A stretch of DNA of 51,599 bases from positions 1-51,599 of IMG/VR virus record IMGVR_UViG_3300048079_000024; one strand, given 5' to 3'. Below the pieces are notes generated by a model. It did no database searches. It saw nothing but the letters and a program-made list of their open reading frames with translations, and was not told the origin of the DNA. Positions 35,892 through 44,318 of this stretch are shown here, piece by piece. The DNA comes from a virus. Taxonomy: Duplodnaviria > Caudoviricetes. The first letter of the stretch is position 1; each line of letters opens with the position of its first letter. Both the position numbers and the translations under genes were made by a program.

Positions 35892-36112
35892 CACCCCATA
35901 TCCTCCCCGCCACTGTCGGCGTCGGCAGCAATTGCAAGACACTCCGTTGCTTCACGAGATGGGATGGAGTCCTTGAACACCATTCGGGTGCTATGAGACG
36001 TCTCTGCGAGGCGGTTTCTAATCAATAGGTCAAGGTCTCGTTCAAACTCCTCCCACAACCCAACGTCTCCTGGCCCCCATTTCACGAAAAAGATGTCAGG
36101 CGTCATCGTCAT
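35891..36112 (-). CDS. Hypothetical protein
   Basis: Tiling; GGAG RBS. Confidence 0.55.
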   Translation of the reverse strand: MTMTPDIFFVKWGPGDVGLWEEFERDLDLLIRNRLAETSHSTRMVFKDSIPSREATECLAIAADADSGGEDMG

Positions 36113-36488
36113 GGTCTGGCCTTTCTCCTTGATGCACCGAGTTCTCCCTGTCCTCTGGGGTCTCTCGTTCCCCTACCGCAGGCGTGGACACCCCCCTGGC
36201 GAAGGCGAGAGCTTCCGCTACGTCGTTGGCATGGGCCTCAATGAACGTCCACTCGTCCGTATCGGGGCGACGCATAAGGGCGTTTTGACACGCCCCCACC
36301 ACCCGCCGCAGGGCTTCTTTGGCAGCATCGCGTTCGTTTATAAGTCGCGCCTGCTCACTAATGTTTGTCGTATTGCATCCTTGCAACCGCTCGACCTCAG
36401 CCTTGTGGACGGCAATCAATTCTTCACACTTCTTGGCGTATCCCTTCAGGGCCGTGTTGGCAATCTCGTATCGTGCGAGGTCGTCCAT
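36096..36488 (-). CDS. Helical hypothetical protein
   Basis: AAGGAGG RBS before ATG 36488. Confidence 0.65.
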   Translation of the reverse strand: MDDLARYEIANTALKGYAKKCEELIAVHKAEVERLQGCNTTNISEQARLINERDAAKEALRRVVGACQNALMRRPDTDEWTFIEAHANDVAEALAFARGVSTPAVGERETPEDRENSVHQGERPDHDDDA

Positions 36489-36533
36489 CACTCCTCCTTC
36501 GCCAACGCCTGCCGTATCTATGTATAATTCCAT

Positions 36534-36596
36534 CCGCGCACGGGCCAGATTTGAACTGACGAGTCGAGTCTACGTGGTCCCACTCGCCGTGCGCGG
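36534..36596 (-). ncRNA. tRNA-like element (10-bp acceptor-like stem, one hairpin, canonical T-arm)
   Basis: CCGCGCACGG..CGAGT/ACTCG..GTCAG TTCAAAT CTGGC CCGTGCGCGG on the minus strand; intergenic. Confidence 0.55.
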
Positions 36597-36601
36597 GTTC
36601 C

Positions 36602-36796
36602 CTACTTCTTCACTGCTGCTGGTGCCGGTGCCTTGTCATAGATGCCTCCCACCGGCTGACAGTTGCTCGGCCAATACTTGACGCCATCCCTCATCAGGGG
36701 CGGCTCCTGACCAAACTGGGTCTCGCAGTAATACTTCGGCGCGCAACCCACCAACGCCACCGCGATCAGGACAATCATGGGAATGAGCCTCTTCAT
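36602..36796 (-). CDS. Small lipoprotein
   Basis: MKRLIPMIVLIAVALVGC lipobox; GGAGGTGAG RBS. Confidence 0.8.
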   Translation of the reverse strand: MKRLIPMIVLIAVALVGCAPKYYCETQFGQEPPLMRDGVKYWPSNCQPVGGIYDKAPAPAAVKK

Positions 36797-36812
36797 GTCT
36801 CTCACCTCCCTT

Positions 36813-37625
36813 CTATTTCTTGGCTGGTGCTGGCACACTCACCGGCGTAAAAGGCTTGGCGAACCCGGTGATGTGTACGATCAGCTCACCTTCAACCCTC
36901 GTTGAGCTAAACCCGGTGCCCCCACCGATCGCCGGGGCAACCCCATACGGGCTGTTCTGCGAGGCAGCAGAGGGGATGACGGATGCAGCGATGGAAGGGC
37001 CGATGGAGAACCCCTTATAGGTGCTGACCCCTCGAATAGCAAAGGTCACTTCGCCGATCTCCACGCCTTCCTCCATTGCTCGGTATGCAGCCTCGCAGAC
37101 GACCGTAGTAAACGCGGGATCGTCGTCGTCTCTCGCCTTCGCTGTGCCCAAGAACCTACCCGTTGGTACTGAGGTATCCTTTTGAAGCTGCGGGTACATC
37201 AGCTCGATCACGCGGTCTTCCCTCTTCGCTGTGATGATCGCCGGAGATGTCCCGTCCCACGAGTCGGATATTCCAGACCTGCGGCACCGTGCAGCTTCCT
37301 CGAACGTCAACCGTGTCGGCACGAACCGCCCTGGAGAGCTGATCCATCCATCCGGCTTATATGGCTGGACGGCATCAGGTAGCCACATGAACCACGGTGC
37401 GTCCAGGAAATCCCGAGGTGTCTCTACGACCTGGACGTTATACACGTCAGACCTCTGGCTTTGGCCCTGTCCCTGCTGTACGTCCACGTCCACCTTCTGC
37501 TTGACATCGACATCGACATTCCCCCGCCGATGCCCTGGCGGATCATGGTCCGGTCGATGGTGTGCATAGGCGTGATCGAAACCTAACAGCGTCATTGCTG
37601 CTAGCAGTACGAGAATCCTTTTCAC
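36813..37625 (-). CDS. Secreted/outer-membrane-associated protein
   Basis: GTG start after AGGAGGCCCGA; signal peptide ending AYA; His/Pro-rich N-terminus. Confidence 0.7.
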   Translation of the reverse strand: MKRILVLLAAMTLLGFDHAYAHHRPDHDPPGHRRGNVDVDVKQKVDVDVQQGQGQSQRSDVYNVQVVETPRDFLDAPWFMWLPDAVQPYKPDGWISSPGRFVPTRLTFEEAARCRRSGISDSWDGTSPAIITAKREDRVIELMYPQLQKDTSVPTGRFLGTAKARDDDDPAFTTVVCEAAYRAMEEGVEIGEVTFAIRGVSTYKGFSIGPSIAASVIPSAASQNSPYGVAPAIGGGTGFSSTRVEGELIVHITGFAKPFTPVSVPAPAKK

Positions 37626-37733
37626 TGTCGGGCCTCCTGTGTGAAATGTGAAGGCGCGGGCCGGACTGCTTCCGTTGGCAAACGAGGCGTCATCCACCAA
37701 CCTTCCGCCCTCGACACCCGCGCCCCCACTGGT

Positions 37734-38483
37734 TTACTCTTCGCCTCCCCCGTGCGCCTGCACATGCTGTGCGAACTCCGCGCGCGGGACACTCTCTCCG
37801 CACACCGCGCACTTGGTCATCGCTCCCGCTGCTCCACCCTTCTTCGGGTTCGCCGGAGGTGGCGCAGGTGCCGCTGGTCGCCCCGGAGCTGGTCGGGCCG
37901 CAGGGGCAAGACGCTGCGGGGGAGCAGCCGGAGCAGCAGCTCGTGGTGCAGCCGCCGTCCTCGGTGCCGCCACTGGAGCACGCGCCGGGACACGACCGCG
38001 CGCCGCAGCAGGCTTCTGTTCCAACCCCACTTCACGCTCACCGAGTGCGTAGTACCCGTTGATCTGGTTCATGGGCGTGCCCCGCTTGGTGATCTGCTGG
38101 CCCACCACAGCAATGAGCTGCTGCCCTGTCGCCACCGCGCACATCTCATCGATGTCGTCGGACATCGGCACCTGGGCAGCTTTGAACATCCGCTTCAGTT
38201 GACGCGCCCCGATGGAGTTCTTCCAGGTCTCGGGATCTTCCGCTTGCGGGTCGTCTGCCGTACCGATCACGAAGTAATCGTACTGCGGGTAGCCCACGTA
38301 CGGCTCCGGCTCGGCAATCGAATACTGGGCACGGTACATCAGACATCCCGCAGGGAGCACAGCTTCGGGGCCACCCGCCGTCTCTGTCTCGACGGCCTCA
38401 ACGATCTGGAGAGCGTAGGCCCCATCGGGGACGAGAACCATCCCCTCTGCAATGTTGTCATGCGGCCATTGTCTCGGACTCAT
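37734..38483 (-). CDS. DUF669-like SSB with Pro/Ala-rich linker and C-terminal C2H2-like finger
   Basis: LVPDGAY.L.IVE...NQINGY; CAVC..HVQAH; close to the AAA gene. Confidence 0.65.
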   Translation of the reverse strand: MSPRQWPHDNIAEGMVLVPDGAYALQIVEAVETETAGGPEAVLPAGCLMYRAQYSIAEPEPYVGYPQYDYFVIGTADDPQAEDPETWKNSIGARQLKRMFKAAQVPMSDDIDEMCAVATGQQLIAVVGQQITKRGTPMNQINGYYALGEREVGLEQKPAAARGRVPARAPVAAPRTAAAPRAAAPAAPPQRLAPAARPAPGRPAAPAPPPANPKKGGAAGAMTKCAVCGESVPRAEFAQHVQAHGGGEE

Positions 38484-38498
38484 GGTAATCGGGCCTCC

Positions 38499-38699
38499 TT
38501 AGTCGAGTGGTGTGCTTGCCAACTTCTGTCCCTTGGTCTTGACCTTCGCCCTGCTAGTTCGGCTCGGATTACTCTTTCTCTTGCTGCGGGTGTTCGCCCG
38601 CCGCTTCGGACGGAGCAGCCCGGACTCCTTGACGGAATCCAGGATTGCCTGGCCGATCTCAGCCAGCAGAGCGGTCCTCTCGATCGGGCTCTTTGCCAT
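38499..38699 (-). CDS. Small basic protein
   Basis: AAGGAGGTGAG RBS. Confidence 0.7.
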   Translation of the reverse strand: MAKSPIERTALLAEIGQAILDSVKESGLLRPKRRANTRSKRKSNPSRTSRAKVKTKGQKLASTPLD

Positions 38700-38952
38700 C
38701 GTCTCTCACCTCCTTTCTTTTCAAATGTTCGGGCGAGTAGCAATACAGGATCGTTCCCCACCTGATAACGAACTCCTGGTCGCCCTCGCTATCGTACTCG
38801 CCATCGACGCGAATGACCTCCTCGACGATGTGGCGAGCACGGATGATCGTTCCGTCCTCCAGCATCAATCGACACCACGGCTCCTCGAAGAAGACGGGCG
38901 TGATGAGGGTGCCCTCGCGCTTCTCACCGCGCCATGTGATCGGGCGTTTCAT
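38659..38952 (-). CDS. Hypothetical protein
   Basis: ATGA overlap; EPW....LEDGT.IR motif. Confidence 0.7.
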   Translation of the reverse strand: MKRPITWRGEKREGTLITPVFFEEPWCRLMLEDGTIIRARHIVEEVIRVDGEYDSEGDQEFVIRWGTILYCYSPEHLKRKEVRDDGKEPDREDRSAG

Positions 38953-39812
38953 CCCTCCCACTCCCCCCACAGTGCTTGATAGTGCTGCGGGCAGCGATCG
39001 GGCGCACTCACCTGCGTCGAGCAGTTCCACATGTTATCCATGCGGGTCTGCAACAGATGTAGCCGCTCGTTCGCTTCGCCCTTGTCCACGTAGGCCCGGT
39101 AGAACTCCCCGTACGCCGCCGCAAAGCTCTTCCGCATGCGCCCAGGCAGCGCGGGATTCCGCACGAAGAACCCGTGGGCCTCATCCTTGGCCTCATCGAT
39201 GTGACAGAGCACGACCACGTTCATCGGAAATCCCCCGAACCGGATCATCAGCATCTCTTCGAGGGCATCCGTGCTGCTGGCCCACCATTGCCGGGGATCT
39301 CCGGTCATCGGGTTCATAATGTATTGATCGTACTTCCGCGCGGCGATCTCCATGAACGTCGTCGAGTCCGCGACCACCGTGGCCCACTGGTCATACTCCT
39401 TCTGGAAGATCGACATGCGGTGCAGAAATCGCCAGTACGCATCCACGAGGGTCTGATCGGTCACATCGTACATGATGCGCCCGCGCTCCTTGCCACTCTC
39501 TTTCCCCGAGCGCAGGGCCAAATGCGGCGTACTGAACTCATTGTGATAATACTCGATCTGGATAATCATCTCGCCCGTCTTGCGCGACTTCACGTGGCGA
39601 ATGGGTGTTCCAAATTGGTCCACCATCAGCTCAGAGGGATCGCCCCGCTTCAGGTACGGGGTTTCCTTGCCGAAGGGATCGAAACAGAAGACGATCATCG
39701 GCTTCGGCCACGTCGCGGCGAAGGTGGATTTTCCGGCACCACTATCGCCGTACGTCGCGCAGTGTACGGGCGGGAAGATGATCGGTTGCTCGGGGATCTG
39801 CGCTTCAGCCAT
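38949..39812 (-). CDS. AAA_24 / Sak4-like ATPase (recombination)
   Basis: YGDSGAGKSTFAATWPKP, TVVADS.T, VVVLCH; near SSB and nuclease genes. Confidence 0.8.
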   Translation of the reverse strand: MAEAQIPEQPIIFPPVHCATYGDSGAGKSTFAATWPKPMIVFCFDPFGKETPYLKRGDPSELMVDQFGTPIRHVKSRKTGEMIIQIEYYHNEFSTPHLALRSGKESGKERGRIMYDVTDQTLVDAYWRFLHRMSIFQKEYDQWATVVADSTTFMEIAARKYDQYIMNPMTGDPRQWWASSTDALEEMLMIRFGGFPMNVVVLCHIDEAKDEAHGFFVRNPALPGRMRKSFAAAYGEFYRAYVDKGEANERLHLLQTRMDNMWNCSTQVSAPDRCPQHYQALWGEWEG

Positions 39813-39978
39813 TGGGAGCCTCCTCTGCTGGTGCTCGCTGCGGGCGCTGTTCTCGGCACGTCTGCGAATGAGTAATCACGTCAGCTCCCATCAACAAACA
39901 ACCGCACGCTCTGCACTTTGCGACTACCACGATGTAGTTACCTGTTGCCCCCTGCTGGGGAGATTCGTACTCAATCAC
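39805..39978 (-). CDS. Small Zn-finger-like protein
   Basis: CRAC..H...C; GGAGG RBS and GTG start. Confidence 0.55.
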   Translation of the reverse strand: MIEYESPQQGATGNYIVVVAKCRACGCLLMGADVITHSQTCREQRPQRAPAEEAPNG

Positions 39979-40186
39979 TGGGGGCCTCCGTGTCCGTATA
40001 GAACAGATCGATGCGGACCTGCGCGTTGCCGATGCGGTAGATGACAGCGCGGGGTAGACCCTCCTGTTGTGCAATCTCGATCTTCTGCATCTTCGTGGTC
40101 CGCACGAGGTCTACAGCTCGATTGATTCCAGCCACCATTCCGTCGCACCTCTTCTGTATCTCTCTTATTTTATCTGGTGGACACAT
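39971..40186 (-). CDS. Hypothetical protein
   Basis: GGAGGGAG RBS. Confidence 0.6.
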   Translation of the reverse strand: MCPPDKIREIQKRCDGMVAGINRAVDLVRTTKMQKIEIAQQEGLPRAVIYRIGNAQVRIDLFYTDTEAPSD

Positions 40187-40206
40187 CGTGCTCCCTCCGA
40201 CTGTCA

Positions 40207-40416
40207 TCACGTCCTCCGCGCCACGCCAGCGTTGGCCCACATCACCACTTGCTCCAGGTACGTGATGGCAAGAGATTGCTCCCGAGACTCGGGCGTGTTG
40301 TAGACGATATACAGCGCGAGAGCCTTCGCTTGGTCCCGGATGCGCGTATAGGTGTCTAGCTGCTGCGAACTCGGGGGATGGTGCGTGAACCGGGTCTCGA
40401 TCTCTTTGTCATCCAT
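40207..40416 (-). CDS. Acb2/Tad1-like helical hairpin protein (putative anti-defence nucleotide sponge)
   Basis: RFTHHPP...Q...Y..IR..AK.LA...PESREQSLAIT.LEQ..MWANA.VAR signature, recalled from the Acb2/Tad1 hairpin family. Confidence 0.65.
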   Translation of the reverse strand: MDDKEIETRFTHHPPSSQQLDTYTRIRDQAKALALYIVYNTPESREQSLAITYLEQVVMWANAGVARRT

Positions 40417-40600
40417 GTCGGGCCTCCTCTTTCGATTTCATTGTCAGCAGCACATGGATCAAGGTCTTGTCAGCTCGCTGGTAGACGACTGCCTTCTCGA
40501 CGATGCACCCTCCCCGAACCTCGATGACCTCTTCTGAACCTTCATCGTGGATCTTCTTCACAGCCTCAGTGATTCGACTGATGAGCCCGTTTCTGCCCAT
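40409..40600 (-). CDS. Hypothetical protein
   Basis: GGGAG RBS; tiling. Confidence 0.65.
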   Translation of the reverse strand: MGRNGLISRITEAVKKIHDEGSEEVIEVRGGCIVEKAVVYQRADKTLIHVLLTMKSKEEARHG

Positions 40601-40609
40601 GTCTGCTCC

Positions 40610-40825
40610 CTACCCTGTGCAAATGCAGCCGCGCACGATGGGGCCGCACCATCCATAGTCCTGCTCGGCGCAGCACATTCCGCTGAAGGTGCGACAGCAA
40701 CAGGTGATCTTGCCATCTGCATCCTTCGCGCACACTCGACGTGGTATGTCTGCGAAGATCATCGCGCCTGCAAACAGCAACCCAATCAGAGCTATAGTTA
40801 CTAGCACCATTCTCAACATCATCAC
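40610..40825 (-). CDS. Small secreted Cys-rich peptide
   Basis: Hydrophobic leader, then 9 Cys in about 40 aa. Confidence 0.7.
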   Translation of the reverse strand: MMMLRMVLVTIALIGLLFAGAMIFADIPRRVCAKDADGKITCCCRTFSGMCCAEQDYGWCGPIVRGCICTG

Positions 40826-41790
40826 GGACTCCTATGCGTTGCGAGCGTCGGCTGATCTCTCAACTGCCACGGATGCCACGGATCTTGCACGAGCATGCTG
40901 TCCACCATCTGCGCCTGTCTGCCCGTGGAGCAGAAGTCATAGAACCCGCAGAACGTACACGCCCCGTTGAACTTCCCTTGTGTCCGTACCTTCTGGATCA
41001 GTTCGATGTCCCCATACTTATACAGCAGATCTCGATACCGCTTCGCCAGGTGGATCGCTGTCTTGTGCCACTCCTCGATTTCCTCGGGCGTGCGCGTGAC
41101 GGGGAACAACTCGAACTTTGCGTGCAGATCTCCGCACTCTGCGTATACCGTCCCGTGCTCCTTGCACTTGCGCGAGTCATCGCTGGGTAGCTTGCTCAAC
41201 TGAACGGCATCGATGAACGCCCCGCCGATCGGATGCTTGATGTGCTGCTCCGCTGCCCAAATGTACCCCGAGATCTGCGAGCCCATCTTGAACTGCCGCT
41301 TCCACCAGTCTGAGATCTGCCCGCGAAACTTCCGATCAACGATCCACGGGAAGTCATGCGTCTTGGAATGCACGATGGCATCCATGCGCCCCACGAACAG
41401 GAACTCCCCCGCGTCGTCGAGCGGATAGCCGAACCCCACCTCCACGAGCTTCGGGTCCGCCGTGAATGGCAACGTCGAGAGCGGGTGCGTCTCCAGGTAA
41501 CGCCCGAGCACCCGTGCCACATTCCAGTACGCCAACCGATCGTCGGGCATCACGTTCTCGTCGGCCCACTCTTTGTAGAGATCCTGGAAGTGGGCTAGCA
41601 CATAGGCATCGGGATACCCCCGCAGATGCATGGCGAGGGCTTGATGTCCCGCATCGCCCGAGCGCAGGGTGGCCCGCTCTTCCGCCGAGGCGTAGTCCAG
41701 AATGTACCGGAGCACGGCCTGCGTCGAGCACTCAGCGACGGACTTCAGGATCGAGTTGTCAACGTGAATCGGGCCTCCATCAAGCTGCAT
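40822..41790 (-). CDS. PD-(D/E)XK nuclease (RecB/Cas4-like exonuclease)
   Basis: G..GH.AL, VEV.F, GRMDAIV, IVDRK, Q..GY, CTFCGFYDFC. Confidence 0.85.
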   Translation of the reverse strand: MQLDGGPIHVDNSILKSVAECSTQAVLRYILDYASAEERATLRSGDAGHQALAMHLRGYPDAYVLAHFQDLYKEWADENVMPDDRLAYWNVARVLGRYLETHPLSTLPFTADPKLVEVGFGYPLDDAGEFLFVGRMDAIVHSKTHDFPWIVDRKFRGQISDWWKRQFKMGSQISGYIWAAEQHIKHPIGGAFIDAVQLSKLPSDDSRKCKEHGTVYAECGDLHAKFELFPVTRTPEEIEEWHKTAIHLAKRYRDLLYKYGDIELIQKVRTQGKFNGACTFCGFYDFCSTGRQAQMVDSMLVQDPWHPWQLRDQPTLATHRSP

Positions 41791-41795
41791 GATCC

Positions 41796-41939
41796 CTACC
41801 CCTTGCCCTCTTGAGACTTGCCGAAGGCAACCAAAAGCCAGATCAAGTCTTCAGCATCTTGCTCGGTTGCCTCGGGAAACCGCTTGAGAAAGTTATGTGC
41901 TGCAACACTAGGGTCAAGCGTTATCCGTATTGGCTCCAT
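41796..41939 (-). CDS. 47-aa hypothetical protein
   Basis: Manual translation MEPIRITLDPSVAAHNFLKRFP...; fills the gap. Confidence 0.5.
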   Translation of the reverse strand: MEPIRITLDPSVAAHNFLKRFPEATEQDAEDLIWLLVAFGKSQEGKG

Positions 41940-41944
41940 CTCTG

Positions 41945-42187
41945 TCACGACTGCGGCATCGTTCCAGGCAGGAAGATCGCAGGCGTCACCCGCTTCTCGC
42001 CCACGATGCGGCTGGCAATCTGCGCCTCAGCGATCATCTTCACCATCTCCATCATGCCGAACAGGTGTACGTAATTGTCCGGCTCCACCTTGAAATGGAT
42101 CTGCCCCGTTTCATCCATCGTGATGAGCACCTGGGCGATGACCTTCTTCGGTTGCAGCTGCGGACCAGTTCCCTCGTTCGTGCTCAT
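41945..42187 (-). CDS. Hypothetical protein
   Basis: GGGAG RBS. Confidence 0.7.
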   Translation of the reverse strand: MSTNEGTGPQLQPKKVIAQVLITMDETGQIHFKVEPDNYVHLFGMMEMVKMIAEAQIASRIVGEKRVTPAIFLPGTMPQS

Positions 42188-42196
42188 GCTCCCCCC

Positions 42197-42391
42197 CTAT
42201 CCCGCCAGACTGCGCGTGCCTCGGGCCTTGAACACTTGATCCTCGACCACCTTCAGGCCGATGGACAGCCCCTCGGTGACGATGGACTCCATCGTGGTGT
42301 CCTTCAAAGACGCCAGCACTCGAATACGGCTCCGCATTTTCGCGGGAAAGTTTCGATGCGTATAGATCACCGTCTCAGCCTTGTTTGCCAC
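42197..42391 (-). CDS. Putative RHH-like DNA-binding protein
   Basis: RNFP..MRSRIRVLA.LK..TME.IV.E.L pattern. Confidence 0.6.
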   Translation of the reverse strand: MANKAETVIYTHRNFPAKMRSRIRVLASLKDTTMESIVTEGLSIGLKVVEDQVFKARGTRSLAG

Positions 42392-42548
42392 CTAGCTCAC
42401 CCCCTCCCACTGGTAGCTCTAGCAACCGTTCGATGTTCCGCAGCCGCTCCTCTGCGACGAGGAGCACGGTCTGCATGACGGCGAGGCAATTCGTCATTGC
42501 TGCCCCTACCTGACGTAACAGATTGATCTCATCCTGGATTGGTGGCAT
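42375..42548 (-). CDS. 57-aa helical protein
   Basis: GAGGAGG RBS; MPPIQDEINLLRQVGAAM... Confidence 0.6.
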   Translation of the reverse strand: MPPIQDEINLLRQVGAAMTNCLAVMQTVLLVAEERLRNIERLLELPVGGGELGGKQG

Positions 42549-42563
42549 GAATGCCCTCCTCCT

Positions 42564-42812
42564 CTATAGTGCGTGCCCCTCATACTGCCGCTGCGGAAAC
42601 TTTGGCCTCCCTGGCTTGAGTCCTCGCAGCATTTCAATCTCGTACTTCGCCCACAGGACCGCCGAGTAGGCATCCCATGTGGCCTCGTTGCACGCGCGGA
42701 CGTTCGCCCTCGCTTCGTCGATGGCGACTACGGCATCGAAGACGAACACCCCGAGCCAGAGAACAAAACCTGCTGCCAGCGCGATTGCGGCTGCTGCCGC
42801 TGCTCTGTTCAC
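42564..42812 (-). CDS. Membrane-anchored hypothetical protein
   Basis: N-terminal TM; GTGA overlap. Confidence 0.6.
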   Translation of the reverse strand: MNRAAAAAAIALAAGFVLWLGVFVFDAVVAIDEARANVRACNEATWDAYSAVLWAKYEIEMLRGLKPGRPKFPQRQYEGHAL

Positions 42813-43204
42813 GATGCCCTCCGCAGTTGCACGGCTGTCTTCATGCTCGACCGCTCACGCACAGACACCCGCGCGAATTGCCCGCGCATGATGTCCTCAT
42901 AGTCTGGCCCGCCCTTGCCACCCTCGGGGTTCTTGCACGGCGCACACAGGGGGCCAGGGTTCTTGTCGCGTAGGTAACACGCGCATCGGCGACAGCGACC
43001 ATTCTCCCGTACAGCCCCCTGCGTGAACCGTCTGACTTCTTCCACCGTGTACCACCGCGATTGCTTCCGTGCTTTCGGGGTGACAGTGGCCCTTAGCTCT
43101 CCTGCGCGGGTCATCTTGTTCACCACCCAGCGAGAGCGACCGAGCAGCTCCGCGACCTGCGCGGTGCTCAGCAGGCCGTTCTCATCACTTCGCTTTCTCC
43201 GCAA
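42809..43204 (-). CDS. Excisionase/MerR-like HTH protein with C-terminal Zn finger
   Basis: LLSTAQVAELLGRSRWVVNKM.RAGEL.A; CRRC..CAPC. Confidence 0.75.
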   Translation of the reverse strand: MRRKRSDENGLLSTAQVAELLGRSRWVVNKMTRAGELRATVTPKARKQSRWYTVEEVRRFTQGAVRENGRCRRCACYLRDKNPGPLCAPCKNPEGGKGGPDYEDIMRGQFARVSVRERSSMKTAVQLRRAS

Positions 43205-43499
43205 GAACGATCAGCTCCTTCTTCGGGACGGTGACTCGGCTAGCGAGTTCCTCATCCACGACTCGGGGGCCACACCGCTTTGCGACCACTTCCTTCCAGG
43301 ACACACGCTCGGCCACGTGCTTCGTCTCTACTCCCGCATGCAACGGGCCGCGCTCTTGCTTCTCGCCCTTCTCGATGCGGTCGATCAGGGCACCCTCGTT
43401 GAGACGCTCTTCGATCTCCAGGAGTTCAAGATCCTTCTTCATCTGCGCGATGTTCCGGCGCAGCTTCTCGATGCCTTTCAACTCTTGCTGCTTCACCAT
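43185..43499 (-). CDS. Coiled-coil hypothetical protein
   Basis: AGGAGGCCCGA before ATG 43499. Confidence 0.7.
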   Translation of the reverse strand: MVKQQELKGIEKLRRNIAQMKKDLELLEIEERLNEGALIDRIEKGEKQERGPLHAGVETKHVAERVSWKEVVAKRCGPRVVDEELASRVTVPKKELIVLAEKAK

Positions 43500-43627
43500 G
43501 TTCGGGCCTCCTTCTTTATTACCTCGCGCCACTTCCTCCACCTGGGACGATCTACCCTCTTGCGGGACGGCAGTAGCCCTTTGGCTTTGGCGATCCGCCT
43601 CTCGTATGTCCGTAGCAGGTTACTCAA
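43493..43627 (-). CDS. 44-aa basic protein
   Basis: TTG start after AAAAAGGAGGCCCGA, just downstream of a promoter. Confidence 0.55.
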   Translation of the reverse strand: MSNLLRTYERRIAKAKGLLPSRKRVDRPRWRKWREVIKKEARTW

Positions 43628-43658
43628 AATCGGGCCTCCTTTTTCGGTTGGTGCGATG

Positions 43659-43698
43659 AGTTTACTTTATCCGATTCGCCTATGTCAAGCATTTTTTT
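43659..43698 (-). promoter_or_regulatory. sigma70-like promoter for middle genes
   Basis: A-tract, TTGACA (43688-43683), N18, TAAACT. Confidence 0.65.
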
Positions 43699-43864
43699 CG
43701 CCTGTAGATTCGGCTACTTGCGGCTCCCCAATTCCCGGCGTCAGCTTATCCTTGGCTTGGGCGTACTCCCGATCCCATCGCCCAACGATCTCGGTCAGAT
43801 TCTCGACGGCGACAGCGATCCGATCTAAGGATCGACACATCCAGATTTCATGGTCGATATTCAC
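43685..43864 (-). CDS. 59-aa hypothetical protein
   Basis: GTGA overlap; SLDRIAVAVENL motif. Confidence 0.6.
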   Translation of the reverse strand: MNIDHEIWMCRSLDRIAVAVENLTEIVGRWDREYAQAKDKLTPGIGEPQVAESTGEKNA

Positions 43865-44073
43865 GCGCGCTTCCTCCCCCTGGCGACCGGCCTGACCGCC
43901 AGTACGGCCACGATCCGCCGCGTCTGCTTGTTATCTGAACACTCCAGGCACAGCCGCTCGTCGATCTTCTCCCAGCCTGTACGGTGGCCTGGGTTGCGTG
44001 TCACCCACATCTCGATCTTGTTCCTGCGGTAGTACCACTTCCCGCAATTCGTGCATGCTCGCTGTGCCATCAC
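43861..44073 (-). CDS. Zn-finger protein
   Basis: CTNC...CLEC. Confidence 0.7.
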   Translation of the reverse strand: MMAQRACTNCGKWYYRRNKIEMWVTRNPGHRTGWEKIDERLCLECSDNKQTRRIVAVLAVRPVARGRKRA

Positions 44074-44312
44074 TTCCTCCCATGCGCCTGCCGCATGTGC
44101 AGGTACATCCCGATCTTCTTGTACCGCTTCTTGCAGATCGTGCAGGTTGCGTATTTGTATTTGCGCTTCGTGCTGTTCTTCTTCTCCTCACTCGGGCGCA
44201 GAGCGCGCCGGAAGTACGTCAGCGCGATCTCGTGCCCCCCGACGACGAGGGTGAGTCCCTCCTTCTTCAGAAGGCTCACGTCTCCAGAGTTTAGCTCGAT
44301 GATCTGTCTCAT
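44070..44312 (-). CDS. C2H2 Zn-finger-like protein
   Basis: CTIC...HMRQAH; GGAGGTGAG RBS. Confidence 0.7.
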   Translation of the reverse strand: MRQIIELNSGDVSLLKKEGLTLVVGGHEIALTYFRRALRPSEEKKNSTKRKYKYATCTICKKRYKKIGMYLHMRQAHGRK

Positions 44313-44318
44313 ACGCTC

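Noticed and set aside
36534-36596. Functional tRNA or tRNA-Sec gene
   Set aside because: Only 63 nt, lacks a complete D-arm plus anticodon arm, and has no UCA anticodon or CCA.
42809-43204. Excisionase as evidence of lysogeny
   Set aside because: No integrase, att site or CI-like repressor recognised; this HTH type is common in lytic phages.
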